DNA of 64,000 bases from an uncultured Flavobacteriaceae bacterium (GCA_964432885.1 CAYSPG010000017.1:1341-65340), one strand, 5' to 3'. Positions 1 through 10,479 are shown, counted from the stretch's first letter. Notes: generated by a model from the sequence alone, not told the origin. Numbers and translations: made by a program.

Positions 1-2
1 AT

Positions 3-1028
3 GCCGATGGAGCTGGCACCAAGTCATCATTAGCGTATGCTTATTGGAAAGAAACGGGTGACACATTAGTTTGGAAAGGAATTGCGCAAGATGCACTTGT
101 AATGAATATTGATGATTTGCTTTGTGTAGGCGCTACCGAAAACATTTTATTAAGCAGTACCATTGGTCGCAATAAAAATTTAATTACGGCTGAAGTTGTT
201 GCTGCAATAATAAACGGCACCGAAGAATTGGTAAAAGAATTAGGTGTACACGGAATAACCATACACACAACCGGTGGCGAAACAGCCGATGTAGGCGATT
301 TGGTAAGAACAGTTATAGTTGATTCAACTGTAGCATGCCGATTAAAACGTAGTGATGTTATAAACAACGCCAATATAAAAACAGGCAATGTTATAGTAGG
401 GCTTGCCTCCTATGGTAAAACCACCTATGAAAAAGAATTTAATTCAGGCATTGGCAGCAACGGACTTACATCAGCACGCCATGATATGTTTAACAAAGCT
501 GTTGCTAATAAATACCCTGAAACATTTGATATAACCCTAAACAGTGATGTAGCTTATGTTGGCAATTATTTTCTAACCGATAAAATTAAATTTGATTTTG
601 ACGGCAGGCAAATTGAAATGGATGCAGCCAAAGCAGTACTTTCCCCAACACGTACCTATGCGCCTGTGATAAAAAAAATTTTTGAAAAACACCGCAGCCA
701 AATTCATGGAATGGTGCATTGCAGTGGCGGAGGTCAAACTAAAGTAATGCACTTTGTTGAAAACCTGCATGTGATAAAAGACAATTTATTTAAAACACCA
801 CAGCTTTTTAAAATAATACAACAAGCCGCAAAAACCGAATGGAAAGAAATGTACAAAGTTTTTAACATGGGCCATCGGATGGAAATATATTGCGAGCAAA
901 ACATTGCACAAAGTATTATTGATATTTCAGCTTCTTTTAACATAGATGCGCAAATTGTAGGGCGTGTTGAAAATGCTGACTGCAAAAAACTTACACTGAA
1001 AACCGAAAACGGAGTGTTTGAATATTAA
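3..1028 (+). CDS. AIR synthase-related (PurM-like) protein, truncated at the 5' end by the window edge
   Basis: The frame is open from nt 3 with no start codon, so the gene begins upstream of the window. DGAGTKSSLA resembles the PurM N-domain glycine-rich motif (DGVGTKL). The C-terminal HCSGGGQTKV resembles the AIR synthase C-domain. Confidence 0.55.
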   Translation, partial: ADGAGTKSSLAYAYWKETGDTLVWKGIAQDALVMNIDDLLCVGATENILLSSTIGRNKNLITAEVVAAIINGTEELVKELGVHGITIHTTGGETADVGDLVRTVIVDSTVACRLKRSDVINNANIKTGNVIVGLASYGKTTYEKEFNSGIGSNGLTSARHDMFNKAVANKYPETFDITLNSDVAYVGNYFLTDKIKFDFDGRQIEMDAAKAVLSPTRTYAPVIKKIFEKHRSQIHGMVHCSGGGQTKVMHFVENLHVIKDNLFKTPQLFKIIQQAAKTEWKEMYKVFNMGHRMEIYCEQNIAQSIIDISASFNIDAQIVGRVENADCKKLTLKTENGVFEY

Positions 1029-1114
1029 ATCTTTTTTAACCTTGGGCGTAAGCAGGGTATTACAATTCTTATTACACTTAATTTTGCCATATTTGTAACT
1101 CATACCAACTATCA

Positions 1115-3982
1115 ATGAAAAAATTAATTACCCTTATTTTATTTTTTATTTTAGTATTATCTATACAAACATTTTCGCAAAACTGCTTTGAAATAAACAG
1201 CATACTTGTTGATGCCTGCGGCAACCCTGAAGGCGAAAACGAGATGGTTCGCATTACCATTGGACCTGCAAGTTTGCAGGTATCCAACCTTACAGTAACT
1301 TGGGCCAACACAGCCAATAATTATTTAGGAATATGTCAAAATGCCAACACTGCCGTTACAGTAGCACAACTTAATGCTACCATACAAGCCTGCGGATACA
1401 TCTTAGAACCAACAGGTGGAATATTGCCTGCCAACAGTACTGTGCTGCTGGCTACCAGCCAAAACATGAATCCGACATTTAACTCCTTTGCCAACCTTGC
1501 CGATACCATTTATATGATTTTTCAATGTCCGGGAAATACAGCGGGGCATTTTAAAAATTACGGAAGTCCCACACCCCGTACACTTTATGTCAATTTTGGT
1601 GCTACCTGTGCTGATACCGTATCTTACATTCCTGATTCACTTATAGACCAAAGCGGAAATCACACTGCTGCCGATGGTGCTACTGTTGATTTTGATAATG
1701 CCGGCAATGCTACTTATACAAATCCAGGTTGCCAGGCGCCCATAGTACCGCTTGGAGCAACATTGGTGGCAAGTGACACCATAATCTGTTTAAACGATAC
1801 CGTTGTACTTACTGCATCAAACCTTACAGGAAATTACCAAAGCTATCAATGGACATCCGCAGCAGGAGTTATTTCTACACCAACCGCTCTATCCACAAAC
1901 TTTTATAACCTGCCTTTGGGATTAAACTTTGCTGTTTTTGAAATCACCGGCACATGTGGTAATGTTGTGTACGATACCATTTACATAAATGTACTATCAG
2001 GAACACCCGTTACAATTTCAGCAAGTGGCCCCACCACTTTTTGCATTGGCGATTCGGTAACTCTTACTGCTGCGGGTGGAGGTTCATATAGTTGGTCAAC
2101 AGGAGCATCTACTGCATCAATTACTGTTTCATCATCGGGTATATACACTGTTACTGCAACAGGCTCGTGCGGAAACTCAACCGCATCACAATTGGTGATT
2201 GCAAGTACAGGGCCTTTTGTTACTATTACTACCAGCGGACCTACTGCCTTATGTGCAGGCGATTCGGTAACACTTAATGCCTTAGGCGGAAATACTTACA
2301 CATGGTCAACCGGTGCAACTACTCCTTCTATTACAGTAAGTACTGCCGGCACATACACTGTTACTTCTACAAATAGTTGCGGAACCGATTCGGCACAGGT
2401 TATTGTTACACTTACAACCACACCTGCCGTAAACATTACTGCAAGCGGGCCTGTGGTTTTTTGTCAAGGCGACTCAGTAATTTTAACGGCTAATGGCAGT
2501 GGTACATTTTTATGGTCAACAGGTGCAACCACAAATTCTATTGTAGTTACATCAACAGGAAATTATGTGGTTACACTTACTAATTCATGTGGCACGGCCA
2601 CATCCTCGCAGCAGGTAACTGTAAATCCTGCTTCAACAATAAACATCAGCGCAAGCGGCCCTACCACGTTTTGCCAGGGGCAATCGGTAACACTTACCGC
2701 AAGTGGAGGCACAGCTTACAATTGGTCAACCGGTGCTACTACACCTTCAATTACAGTTATAGCTACAGGAGTTTATGCCGTTACCGCATCCACATCGTGT
2801 GGGCAGCAAACAGCAACTCAAAGTGTAACTGTATTAAGTCCTCCTGTTGCTTCTATTTCCGGAACACTTTCCTTTTGTCAGGGCAGTTCAACAGTACTTA
2901 CTGCATCAGGCAGCGGAACATTTTTATGGTCAACAGGCGCAACTACTGCATCTATATCTGTAAATACAGCAAGCACATTTACGGTAACAGTTACTAACCA
3001 ATGCGGAACAAGTACAGCTACAACAACCACAACAGTAAGTCCATTACCAACTGCTACACTCTCTGCAAGCGGCCCAACAACTTTTTGCCAGGGAGGCTCG
3101 GTAACGTTTACGGCAAGCGGTGCATCATCTTATATGTGGTCAACTGGTGCAACATCAACTTCAATTACAGTTTCTCAAACAGGAAACTATACAGTTACAG
3201 CAACCAACACATGCGGCAGCAGCACAGCCACGCAAAGCGTTACCGTTAATCAATTACCTAATGGACAAATTACAATTGCTAATGGGGGATTAATTTGCCC
3301 GGGAAGCGCCCTTACTTTATCTGTTAACACAACAGGAAGTATTTTGTGGTCAACCGGAGCTACAAGTTCTTCCATCAATGTTTCAACGGCTGGTGTTTTT
3401 AGTGTTACTGTAACAAATGTTTGCGGTGCCGACTCCGATGTTGTAACTACCACACTAAGCAATATTGATGTAGAATTTACACCAAGTGTTGTATCGGGTG
3501 TTGCACCACTTTTAGTATCGTTTACCAATCAAAGTACAAATGCTGCCACGTATAATTGGAATTTTGGCGATGGCGGTACTGCTAACTCCACTAACCCATC
3601 GCACACATTTACCAGTGGTGGCACATACTGGGTTGTGCTTGAAGGCACAAAAGAGGGAATTTGTTTTGATTACGATTCGGTTTTAATTGAAGTGATTGAA
3701 ATTGTGAATTACACTATTCCTAATGTATTTACACCTAACAACGATGGTATAAATGAAAGTTTTAGTTTTAGTGGTACCGGAATACGAAATTTTGAAATTA
3801 CTATTTACAATCGATGGGGAAATGTTGTTAACCAATATACATCAACGGGTAACCCATTTTGGACAGGCAGTACTTCAAAAGGAAAAGAGTGCAATGCGGG
3901 CACGTATTATTTTGTTGCAGAAGTGGAGTTGATAAACGGAGAAAAGAGAAAGCATCATGGAACAATTGAACTGATAAAATAA
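1115..3982 (+). CDS. T9SS type-B cargo protein: signal peptide, N-terminal domain, 8 tandem ~80-aa Ig-like repeats, PKD domain, gliding-motility-associated (type B) C-terminal sorting domain
   Basis: N-terminus MKKLITLILFFILVLSIQTFSQ looks like a signal peptide. Repeats follow the pattern SASGPTTFCQGDSVTLTA..G..Y.WSTGATT.SITV..GTYTVT.TN.CG. NWNFGDGGTANSTNPSHTF is a PKD signature. The C-terminus (VNYTIPNVFTPNNDGINESF...ITIYNRWGNVV...GTYYF) matches the type-B T9SS sorting domain. Confidence 0.8.
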   Translation: MKKLITLILFFILVLSIQTFSQNCFEINSILVDACGNPEGENEMVRITIGPASLQVSNLTVTWANTANNYLGICQNANTAVTVAQLNATIQACGYILEPTGGILPANSTVLLATSQNMNPTFNSFANLADTIYMIFQCPGNTAGHFKNYGSPTPRTLYVNFGATCADTVSYIPDSLIDQSGNHTAADGATVDFDNAGNATYTNPGCQAPIVPLGATLVASDTIICLNDTVVLTASNLTGNYQSYQWTSAAGVISTPTALSTNFYNLPLGLNFAVFEITGTCGNVVYDTIYINVLSGTPVTISASGPTTFCIGDSVTLTAAGGGSYSWSTGASTASITVSSSGIYTVTATGSCGNSTASQLVIASTGPFVTITTSGPTALCAGDSVTLNALGGNTYTWSTGATTPSITVSTAGTYTVTSTNSCGTDSAQVIVTLTTTPAVNITASGPVVFCQGDSVILTANGSGTFLWSTGATTNSIVVTSTGNYVVTLTNSCGTATSSQQVTVNPASTINISASGPTTFCQGQSVTLTASGGTAYNWSTGATTPSITVIATGVYAVTASTSCGQQTATQSVTVLSPPVASISGTLSFCQGSSTVLTASGSGTFLWSTGATTASISVNTASTFTVTVTNQCGTSTATTTTTVSPLPTATLSASGPTTFCQGGSVTFTASGASSYMWSTGATSTSITVSQTGNYTVTATNTCGSSTATQSVTVNQLPNGQITIANGGLICPGSALTLSVNTTGSILWSTGATSSSINVSTAGVFSVTVTNVCGADSDVVTTTLSNIDVEFTPSVVSGVAPLLVSFTNQSTNAATYNWNFGDGGTANSTNPSHTFTSGGTYWVVLEGTKEGICFDYDSVLIEVIEIVNYTIPNVFTPNNDGINESFSFSGTGIRNFEITIYNRWGNVVNQYTSTGNPFWTGSTSKGKECNAGTYYFVAEVELINGEKRKHHGTIELIK
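2000..3430 (+). repeat. In-frame tandem DNA repeats (~240 bp unit, about 7 strong copies) encoding the Ig-like repeats of the adhesin
   Basis: The ~80-aa protein period is visible in the translation. The ORF track shows spurious alternate-frame ORFs with a recurring pattern (2587..2997, 3001..3249), which is typical of periodic DNA. Confidence 0.7.
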
Positions 3983-4006
3983 AATTCGAGACTTAATTTT
4001 ATTGCC

Positions 4007-4993
4007 ATGGCTAAAAAAATTACAGTTGGTTATGTCGAAAATTTTCTTGGTGATAACCACAAAATAAAGTTACCTGTTTTATCAGCCTCTCAAAAAAAGG
4101 ATGTTGTAACCTTTGATGGTGGTAACACCAAACTTGATTACATACACTATAGCGTAGTGATGTGCAAAAGCCGAAGATTCGCTTATTTTACAGCTGTAAA
4201 CATTGATGGCAGCCAATGGCAGGACAATCCACGTATTGATGGATGGAAAAACGATACACGCATAAAAGCCGATGAACAATGGGGATCAAGTCTTTATACA
4301 GCAAAAAAAAGCAACTTTGACAAAGGCCACCTGGTAAGGCGGGAAGATCCTGAATGGGGAGAAAAAAATTTATCGCTTGAAGCAGGAAAAAAAACGTTTT
4401 ACTTTCCCAACTGCACACCTCAGCACAGCGACCTTAACAAAAAAATATGGGCCGAACTAGAGGCAGCCATTTTGCACAACGGTGCCGATGAAAACAATTT
4501 GAAAGCAACCGTATTTACCGGGCCTGTGCTTACCAAAACCGATGGCACCTTTGTTACAAAAGTAAAAAGCACGGAGGTTAAAATCCCTAACTTGTTTTGG
4601 AAAATTGTGGTGTGGACAAAAAGTAATGGCAAAGCTTACGCTGTTGGCTTTATTATGAGTCAGGAAAAATTTTTAGTTCGCGATGGTATTATTTTAAAAA
4701 AGGCTACACCTGTTGCAGCCCGATTAGCTGCTGCCGATGAAGATGTATTTGAACACATCAAATTTAAAGACGGTAAAACGTATCAGGTAAAAATTGAAGA
4801 AATCGAAAATCTTACCGGCCTTAAATTTAAGTGGAATGTAGTAAAACCTTATAAAAAAGCTACTCCTAACGCAATAAGCGCCACACCTAAAAAGAAACCC
4901 AAAGCCAAACCTACCGCCTTAGCCATTCGATTTTCTGCTATTAACAAAATCGAAAACAAATTAAAGTTAAAACTTAAGGGCCTGGTTCTTTAA
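4007..4993 (+). CDS. DNA/RNA non-specific endonuclease (Serratia NucA/EndoG DRGH family, beta-beta-alpha-Me fold) with a lysine-rich C-terminal tail; no signal peptide
   Basis: FDKGHLVRREDP is the DRGH catalytic motif. FYFPNCTPQHSDLNKKIWAELE matches the family's metal-binding Asn and conserved PQ..N..W..LE segment. YIHYSVVMCKSRRFAYFTAVNI matches the N-terminal region. The tail reads TPKKKPKAKP...KLKLKLKGLVL. The N-terminus MAKKITVGYVENFLGD is not a signal peptide. Confidence 0.75.
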   Translation: MAKKITVGYVENFLGDNHKIKLPVLSASQKKDVVTFDGGNTKLDYIHYSVVMCKSRRFAYFTAVNIDGSQWQDNPRIDGWKNDTRIKADEQWGSSLYTAKKSNFDKGHLVRREDPEWGEKNLSLEAGKKTFYFPNCTPQHSDLNKKIWAELEAAILHNGADENNLKATVFTGPVLTKTDGTFVTKVKSTEVKIPNLFWKIVVWTKSNGKAYAVGFIMSQEKFLVRDGIILKKATPVAARLAAADEDVFEHIKFKDGKTYQVKIEEIENLTGLKFKWNVVKPYKKATPNAISATPKKKPKAKPTALAIRFSAINKIENKLKLKLKGLVL

Positions 4994-5059
4994 TACCTCG
5001 CTACACAGGCAATTGCTTATCTTTGGCGGCTCATTAAAAATAATAGTCCCTCAGATAAA

Positions 5060-8000
5060 ATGTTAGATTTTGTAAACAAAGCCATCGGTAAACTTTTTGG
5101 AAGCAAAGCCGAAAAAGATTTAAAAGAACTTTCTCCAATCATTGCATTGGTTAACGATGCACATGAACAGATAAAAAATTTGTCGAATGACGAGCTTCGA
5201 AACAAAACCGCTGAGTTTAAACAGCGAATTGCCAACTACGTTGAAGATACCGATACGGAATTACAACAGCTTGCTGAAGAAGCCGAGTCAAATCCTGAGA
5301 TGAATGCAACTGAAAAAGAAGCATTATATTCAAAAGTGGATGCGTTAAAAAAAGAGCGCAAAAAAAAGATTGAAGAAATTCTTACCCAAATACAGCCCGA
5401 AGCATTTGCTGTGGTAAAAGAAACAGCAAAACGATTTTCGGAAAATACAGAATGTACTCTAACTGCAAATGACAATGATAAAAATTTGGTGCTAAAACGT
5501 GATGGCATCCGCATTGAAGGCAGCCAGGCTATTTACAGCAACACATGGACCGCTGCAGGAGGAAAAGTTACCTGGAATATGATTCATTATGATGTGCAAT
5601 TGATTGGAGGAAGCGTTTTGCATCTGGGAAAAATTTCAGAGATGGCAACAGGTGAAGGTAAAACGCTGGTTGCAACATTACCTATTTACCTAAATGCATT
5701 AGCCGGTTGTGGCGTGCATGTGGTAACTGTAAACGATTATCTGGCAAGGCGCGATGCGGAATGGAACGGCCCTATTTTTGAATTTTTAGGTTTAACAGTT
5801 GACTGTATTGATAAGCATCAGCCAAACTCGGTCGAAAGGCGCAAAGCATACCTTGCCGATATTACGTACGGCACCAACAATGAATTTGGGTTTGACTACT
5901 TGCGTGATAACATGACACGCAATGCGGATGAGATGGTGCAACGCGAACACCATTTTGCAATAGTTGACGAGGTAGATAGTGTACTGATTGACGATGCACG
6001 TACTCCGTTAATTATTTCAGGACCCACACCTAAAGGAGATATACAGGAATTTTATCAGCTTAAACCTAAAGTTGAAATACTTGTAAATGCACAACGCAAT
6101 TACTTAAACACTGCACTTGCCGATGCAAAAAAGAAATTTGCCGAAGGTAAATTAGACGAAGCCGGCATGCCACTTTTTAGAGCGCATCGGGGATTACCAA
6201 AAAACAAAGCACTTACAAAGTTTTTGAGCGAACAGGGAGTAAGAGCATTGCTTCAGAAAACAGAAAACTATCACTTGCAGGATCAGCAGCGCGAAATGCA
6301 CAAGGCCGATGCTGAATTACTTTTTGTAATTGACGAAAAAAATAACACTGTTGAACTTACCGAAAAAGGCATTGAGCTTATAACGGCAAACATTGACGAC
6401 AAACAATTTTTTGTTATGCCTGATGTGGGTAGCGTAATTGCCGAAATAGAAAAAGCCGGTGGCACCACTGAAGAAAAGCTCGAACGCAAAGAAACCCTTA
6501 TGCGCGACTTTGCTGTAAAGTCTGAACGAATACATACCATAAACCAATTATTAAAAGCCTATACACTTTTTGAAAAAGATGTGGAATACATTATTGCTGA
6601 CGGCAAAATAAAAATTGTTGACGAGCAAACCGGTCGTGTGCTTGAGGGCAGGCGTTACTCAGATGGATTGCACCAGGCCATTGAGGCAAAAGAAAGTGTA
6701 AAGGTAGAAGCAGCAACACAAACGTACGCTACAGTTACGCTTCAAAACTATTTCAGAATGTACCATAAACTTGCCGGTATGACGGGTACAGCCGAAACCG
6801 AAGCAGGTGAGTTTTGGCAGATATACAAATTGGATGTAGTGGTAATTCCTACCAACAAAAAAATAATACGTGACGACCGTGAAGATTTGGTTTACAAAAC
6901 CAAACGTGAAAAATACAATGCAGTAATTGAAGATATTGATAAGCTTACCAAAGCGGGGAGGCCTGTGCTGGTGGGAACCACTTCGGTTGAAATATCTGAA
7001 TTGCTTAGCCGCATGTTAAAGTTGCGAAACATTAAACATAATGTGTTAAATGCAAAACTTCATAAAAAAGAAGCTGACATTGTTGCTGAAGCCGGGCTTG
7101 CTGGCACGGTAACCATTGCCACCAACATGGCAGGCCGTGGAACAGATATTAAACTTGGCCCCGGTGTAAAAGATGCAGGCGGGCTTGCTATTATTGGTAC
7201 CGAGCGGCATGAATCACGCAGGGTTGACCGTCAGTTGCGAGGACGTGCAGGAAGGCAGGGAGACCCGGGATCATCACAATTTTTTGTATCGCTAGAAGAT
7301 GATTTAATGCGGCTGTTTGGCAGCGAGCGTATTGCCAAACTTATGGACAGAATGGGAATTGAAGAGGGTGAAGTGATTCAGCACAGTATGATTTCAAAGT
7401 CAATTGAGCGTGCACAAAAGAAAGTGGAAGAAAACAACTTTGGAATGCGTAAACGATTGCTTGAGTACGATGATGTGATGAATGCTCAACGTGAAGTAGT
7501 TTACAAAAAACGCAGACACGCATTGTTTGGCGAGCGGCTTGCACTTGACTTGTTAAACATGCAATACGATGTTAGCGAAAGCATTGTAAACAGCTACGAT
7601 GGAAACCGCGACCATAATGCCTTTACCATGGATTTAATTCGCTACCTAAGTATTGAGTCACCTATTGATGAAAAAACTTTTTTACAGGCAAAGGCGGAAG
7701 ACTTAACTCCCAAAATTTTTGAAACAGCACATGAGCATTACAGGCAAAAGTCAAAACTAATTGCCGATAAAGCATTTCCTGTAATCGAAAATATTTTTAC
7801 CAATCAGGGACACCAGATAGAAAACATTGTGGTACCATTTACTGATGGGCATAAAGGATTAAATGTAGTTGCCAACTTAAAAAAGGCGCACGAAAGCAAA
7901 GGCAAAGAGTTGATTACAGCATTTGAAAAAACGGTTGTGTTGTCGTTTATTGACGATGCATGGACCGAGCATCTGCGCGAAATGGATGACTTGCGACAAA

Positions 8001-8365
8001 GCGTTCAAAATGCGGTATACGAACAAAAAGACCCGCTGCTTATTTACAAATTCGAATCATTTGAATTATTTAAGCAAATGCTCGACAGGGTAAATAAAGA
8101 TATTATTTCGTTTTTGTTTAAAGGATACATACCACAACAAAACCCCGAAAACGTAAAAGAAGCACGTCCTCCGCAACGAACTGATATGAGCCGACTTCAA
8201 ACAAGCCATACAGGTGCTGGAAGTGCACCAACACAGGCTGCAAAGCCGTCAGGCCCTCCCCCACCCCAAAAGCAGCAACCTGCAAAAGCCGAAGTTAAAG
8301 TAGGCCGCAATGACCCTTGCCCTTGCGGTAGCGGAAAAAAATTTAAAAACTGTCATGGCACATAA
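5060..8365 (+). CDS. secA: Preprotein translocase ATPase SecA
   Basis: Walker A MATGEGKT. Conserved NEFGFDYLRDNM, TNMAGRGTDIKLG and RQLRGRAGRQGDPGSSQF. Zn-finger C-terminus DPCPCGSGKKFKNCHG. Confidence 0.97.
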   Translation: MLDFVNKAIGKLFGSKAEKDLKELSPIIALVNDAHEQIKNLSNDELRNKTAEFKQRIANYVEDTDTELQQLAEEAESNPEMNATEKEALYSKVDALKKERKKKIEEILTQIQPEAFAVVKETAKRFSENTECTLTANDNDKNLVLKRDGIRIEGSQAIYSNTWTAAGGKVTWNMIHYDVQLIGGSVLHLGKISEMATGEGKTLVATLPIYLNALAGCGVHVVTVNDYLARRDAEWNGPIFEFLGLTVDCIDKHQPNSVERRKAYLADITYGTNNEFGFDYLRDNMTRNADEMVQREHHFAIVDEVDSVLIDDARTPLIISGPTPKGDIQEFYQLKPKVEILVNAQRNYLNTALADAKKKFAEGKLDEAGMPLFRAHRGLPKNKALTKFLSEQGVRALLQKTENYHLQDQQREMHKADAELLFVIDEKNNTVELTEKGIELITANIDDKQFFVMPDVGSVIAEIEKAGGTTEEKLERKETLMRDFAVKSERIHTINQLLKAYTLFEKDVEYIIADGKIKIVDEQTGRVLEGRRYSDGLHQAIEAKESVKVEAATQTYATVTLQNYFRMYHKLAGMTGTAETEAGEFWQIYKLDVVVIPTNKKIIRDDREDLVYKTKREKYNAVIEDIDKLTKAGRPVLVGTTSVEISELLSRMLKLRNIKHNVLNAKLHKKEADIVAEAGLAGTVTIATNMAGRGTDIKLGPGVKDAGGLAIIGTERHESRRVDRQLRGRAGRQGDPGSSQFFVSLEDDLMRLFGSERIAKLMDRMGIEEGEVIQHSMISKSIERAQKKVEENNFGMRKRLLEYDDVMNAQREVVYKKRRHALFGERLALDLLNMQYDVSESIVNSYDGNRDHNAFTMDLIRYLSIESPIDEKTFLQAKAEDLTPKIFETAHEHYRQKSKLIADKAFPVIENIFTNQGHQIENIVVPFTDGHKGLNVVANLKKAHESKGKELITAFEKTVVLSFIDDAWTEHLREMDDLRQSVQNAVYEQKDPLLIYKFESFELFKQMLDRVNKDIISFLFKGYIPQQNPENVKEARPPQRTDMSRLQTSHTGAGSAPTQAAKPSGPPPPQKQQPAKAEVKVGRNDPCPCGSGKKFKNCHGT

Positions 8366-8418
8366 TTGTGATTGGGAATACAAGAAAAAATTATAATGTA
8401 CCCAAATACAAAACCAAC

Positions 8419-9597
8419 TTAGTTCAAAAACTCAAAAATGCCGGCTGCACCCTGCCCGGTTCCCACACACATGGTAACCATACCATGTTTTAATTTGCGC
8501 CTTCGCATTTCATTTAAAAGTTGTACAGTAAGTTTGGCACCACTGCAACCAAGTGGATGTCCCAAAGCAATGGCTCCACCGTTTACATTTATTATTTCAG
8601 GATTTAAATCAAGTGTGCGTATTACTGCCAGTGATTGGGATGCAAAAGCCTCGTTAAGTTCGATGAGTTGAATATCGGATTGTTTTAAACCAGCACGCTT
8701 GAGTGCAGATGGTATTGCATATACCGGGCCCACGCCCATAATGCGCGGCTCGAGGGCACTAACGGCATAGGAAACAAAACGTGCCACAGGAGTGGCATTG
8801 AGTTTCTTTAACATTGCCTCGGACACTACGATTACAAAAGATGCACCATCACTTGTTTGCGAGCTGTTGCCAGCAGTAACGGAGCCTTTTGCATCAAACA
8901 CAGGTTTAAGAGTTGACAGTTTTTCCAATGTTGTATCCTGACGGGGGCCCTCATCGGTATCAACTATCATTTCTTTAACCTGAATTTTTTCTTTTTCGTC
9001 AAGGTAGGTTTCTTCTATTTTAACGGGAACAATTTCATTTTTAAAAAAACCTTTGTTAATAGCATTAACTGCTTTTTGATGTGATGAAAGTGAAAAAGCG
9101 TCCTGATCATTTCGTGAGATATTGTATTCATGAGCTACTGCTTCGGCAGTTAGCCCCATGTTCCAATACCAATCGCCATGATTTTTAGCAACTTCGTAAT
9201 TAGGTACTATGCGCCAGCCGCCAAAGGGAATCGGGCTCATACACTCAACACCACCAGCTACAATACAATCGGCTAATCCTGAATTAATTTTTGCAGCAGC
9301 AATGGCAATGGTTTCTAAACCGGATGCACAATAACGGTTTACGGTCATGCCGGGAACTTTTACTGTATCCAATCCCATAAGCGAAACCATACGGCCAATA
9401 TTAAGCCCTTGTTCGGCCTCAGGGGTTGCGTTGCCTACAATTACATCATCAATTTGTTCTTTATCAAGATTTGGAATTGAATTTACCAAATGCTTTACCA
9501 CCAACGCGGCCAAATCATCAGGGCGCGTGTTTTTAAATTTGCCACGGGGGGCTTTGCCCACAGCGGAGCGAAAACCTGATAAGATGTATGCGTTCAT
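8419..9597 (-). CDS. Acetyl-CoA C-acyltransferase (thiolase)
   Basis: N-terminus [21 protein letters not shown]. Catalytic Cys region [13 protein letters not shown]-terminal [20 protein letters not shown] and [10 protein letters not shown]. Confidence 0.9.
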   Translation of the reverse strand: MNAYILSGFRSAVGKAPRGKFKNTRPDDLAALVVKHLVNSIPNLDKEQIDDVIVGNATPEAEQGLNIGRMVSLMGLDTVKVPGMTVNRYCASGLETIAIAAAKINSGLADCIVAGGVECMSPIPFGGWRIVPNYEVAKNHGDWYWNMGLTAEAVAHEYNISRNDQDAFSLSSHQKAVNAINKGFFKNEIVPVKIEETYLDEKEKIQVKEMIVDTDEGPRQDTTLEKLSTLKPVFDAKGSVTAGNSSQTSDGASFVIVVSEAMLKKLNATPVARFVSYAVSALEPRIMGVGPVYAIPSALKRAGLKQSDIQLIELNEAFASQSLAVIRTLDLNPEIINVNGGAIALGHPLGCSGAKLTVQLLNEMRRRKLKHGMVTMCVGTGQGAAGIFEFLN

Positions 9598-9698
9598 GAA
9601 AAAAAGTTTAGTGTTTAACGTTTGGATTTTAAAGTTGTTATAATTAGTGCTTGATTTTTATTGGCAAGGTTAACTAACTTTAAACATTAAACTTTGAA

Positions 9699-10337
9699 CT
9701 ATTTTTTTGGAGGTGGAGCTGTGGTAGGAGCAGTGCCTCCTTTGGCACCGGGCGGAAGTTTTTTGTTATCTCCAGCTTTTTTGGCAGCCGCTGCTTTTTT
9801 TGCTTTTTCCTCGGCAGCTTTGGCTTCTGCTATTGCTTTTACATCCTCGCCCATTTTATACTCGGTTTGGCTGGTTAGCTTTCCTTTTCTGTCATAAGTT
9901 TTCCAAACACCGTTTTTCAAATTATTTTTATAAGGCCCCTCATTTTTTATTTCGCCATCGCTAAAATAGGTAGTCCACTTGTTGGCTTTTTTTCCATTAA
10001 TGTACTCACCCTCAACTTTGGTTTGCCCGTTGTAATAATACCTTTTAAATTCTCCTTCTTTAATTCCATTGGCATACTCTGTTTCTTCCATTATTTTTCC
10101 ATACGGATAATATTTTTTAGAAACTCCGTTACGCACATCATCAAGGTATTCTATTTCATTAGTTAGTTCTCCCGCTTCGTTGTAATATTTCCATACGCCT
10201 TGCCGTTGGCCAAGTTCATCGGTTTTATTTCGGTGTTTGTCACGGCCTGGTGCATACTTAGGTCTTTCCTCGCGCTGCGAAAAACAAATTAAGGGGATAA
10301 AAAAAGCAATGGCTAAAATTTTAGCTGCTAACTTCAT
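9699..10337 (-). CDS. MORN-repeat (YwqK-family fold) lipoprotein with a K/A-rich low-complexity C-terminal tail
   Basis: Signal peptide ending in cysteine (FFIPLICFSQ). Repeated G.W..Y..NG...EG.Y..G.K.G.W motifs. The tail is AEAKAAEEKAKKAAAAKKAG...PPPKK. Confidence 0.55.
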   Translation of the reverse strand: MKLAAKILAIAFFIPLICFSQREERPKYAPGRDKHRNKTDELGQRQGVWKYYNEAGELTNEIEYLDDVRNGVSKKYYPYGKIMEETEYANGIKEGEFKRYYYNGQTKVEGEYINGKKANKWTTYFSDGEIKNEGPYKNNLKNGVWKTYDRKGKLTSQTEYKMGEDVKAIAEAKAAEEKAKKAAAAKKAGDNKKLPPGAKGGTAPTTAPPPKK

Positions 10338-10479
10338 AATGTGGTTTTATTCTGCTGCGCTAAAATAAAATTTTTATAATACGCAAATCAGGAAATAAGA
10401 GTGAACTTATTTACAGTTGAAAGTGTATAGCTGAAGGTTAAATAGCAAGCAGATACTTTCTTAAATGCAACAGGAAGTG

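Noticed and set aside
2092-3249. Alternate-frame ORFs (2092..2277, 2587..2997, 3001..3249) and the periodicity inside the adhesin gene, which could look like a CRISPR array or minisatellite
   Set aside because: The periodic units are in-frame coding repeats of ~240 bp with no spacer/repeat structure. The alt-frame ORFs are Cys/Tyr-rich artefacts of the repeat.
8438-9643. Plus-strand ORFs of 77-98 aa overlapping the thiolase gene
   Set aside because: They are antisense to a high-confidence gene and Pro/Ser-rich, so they are artefacts.
9699-10337. YwqK-family 'antitoxin' label implying a toxin-antitoxin module
   Set aside because: The protein has a signal peptide/lipobox. No LXG/YwqJ-type toxin gene is adjacent, since the neighbours are a thiolase and a cupin. 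It should be treated as a generic MORN-repeat lipoprotein.
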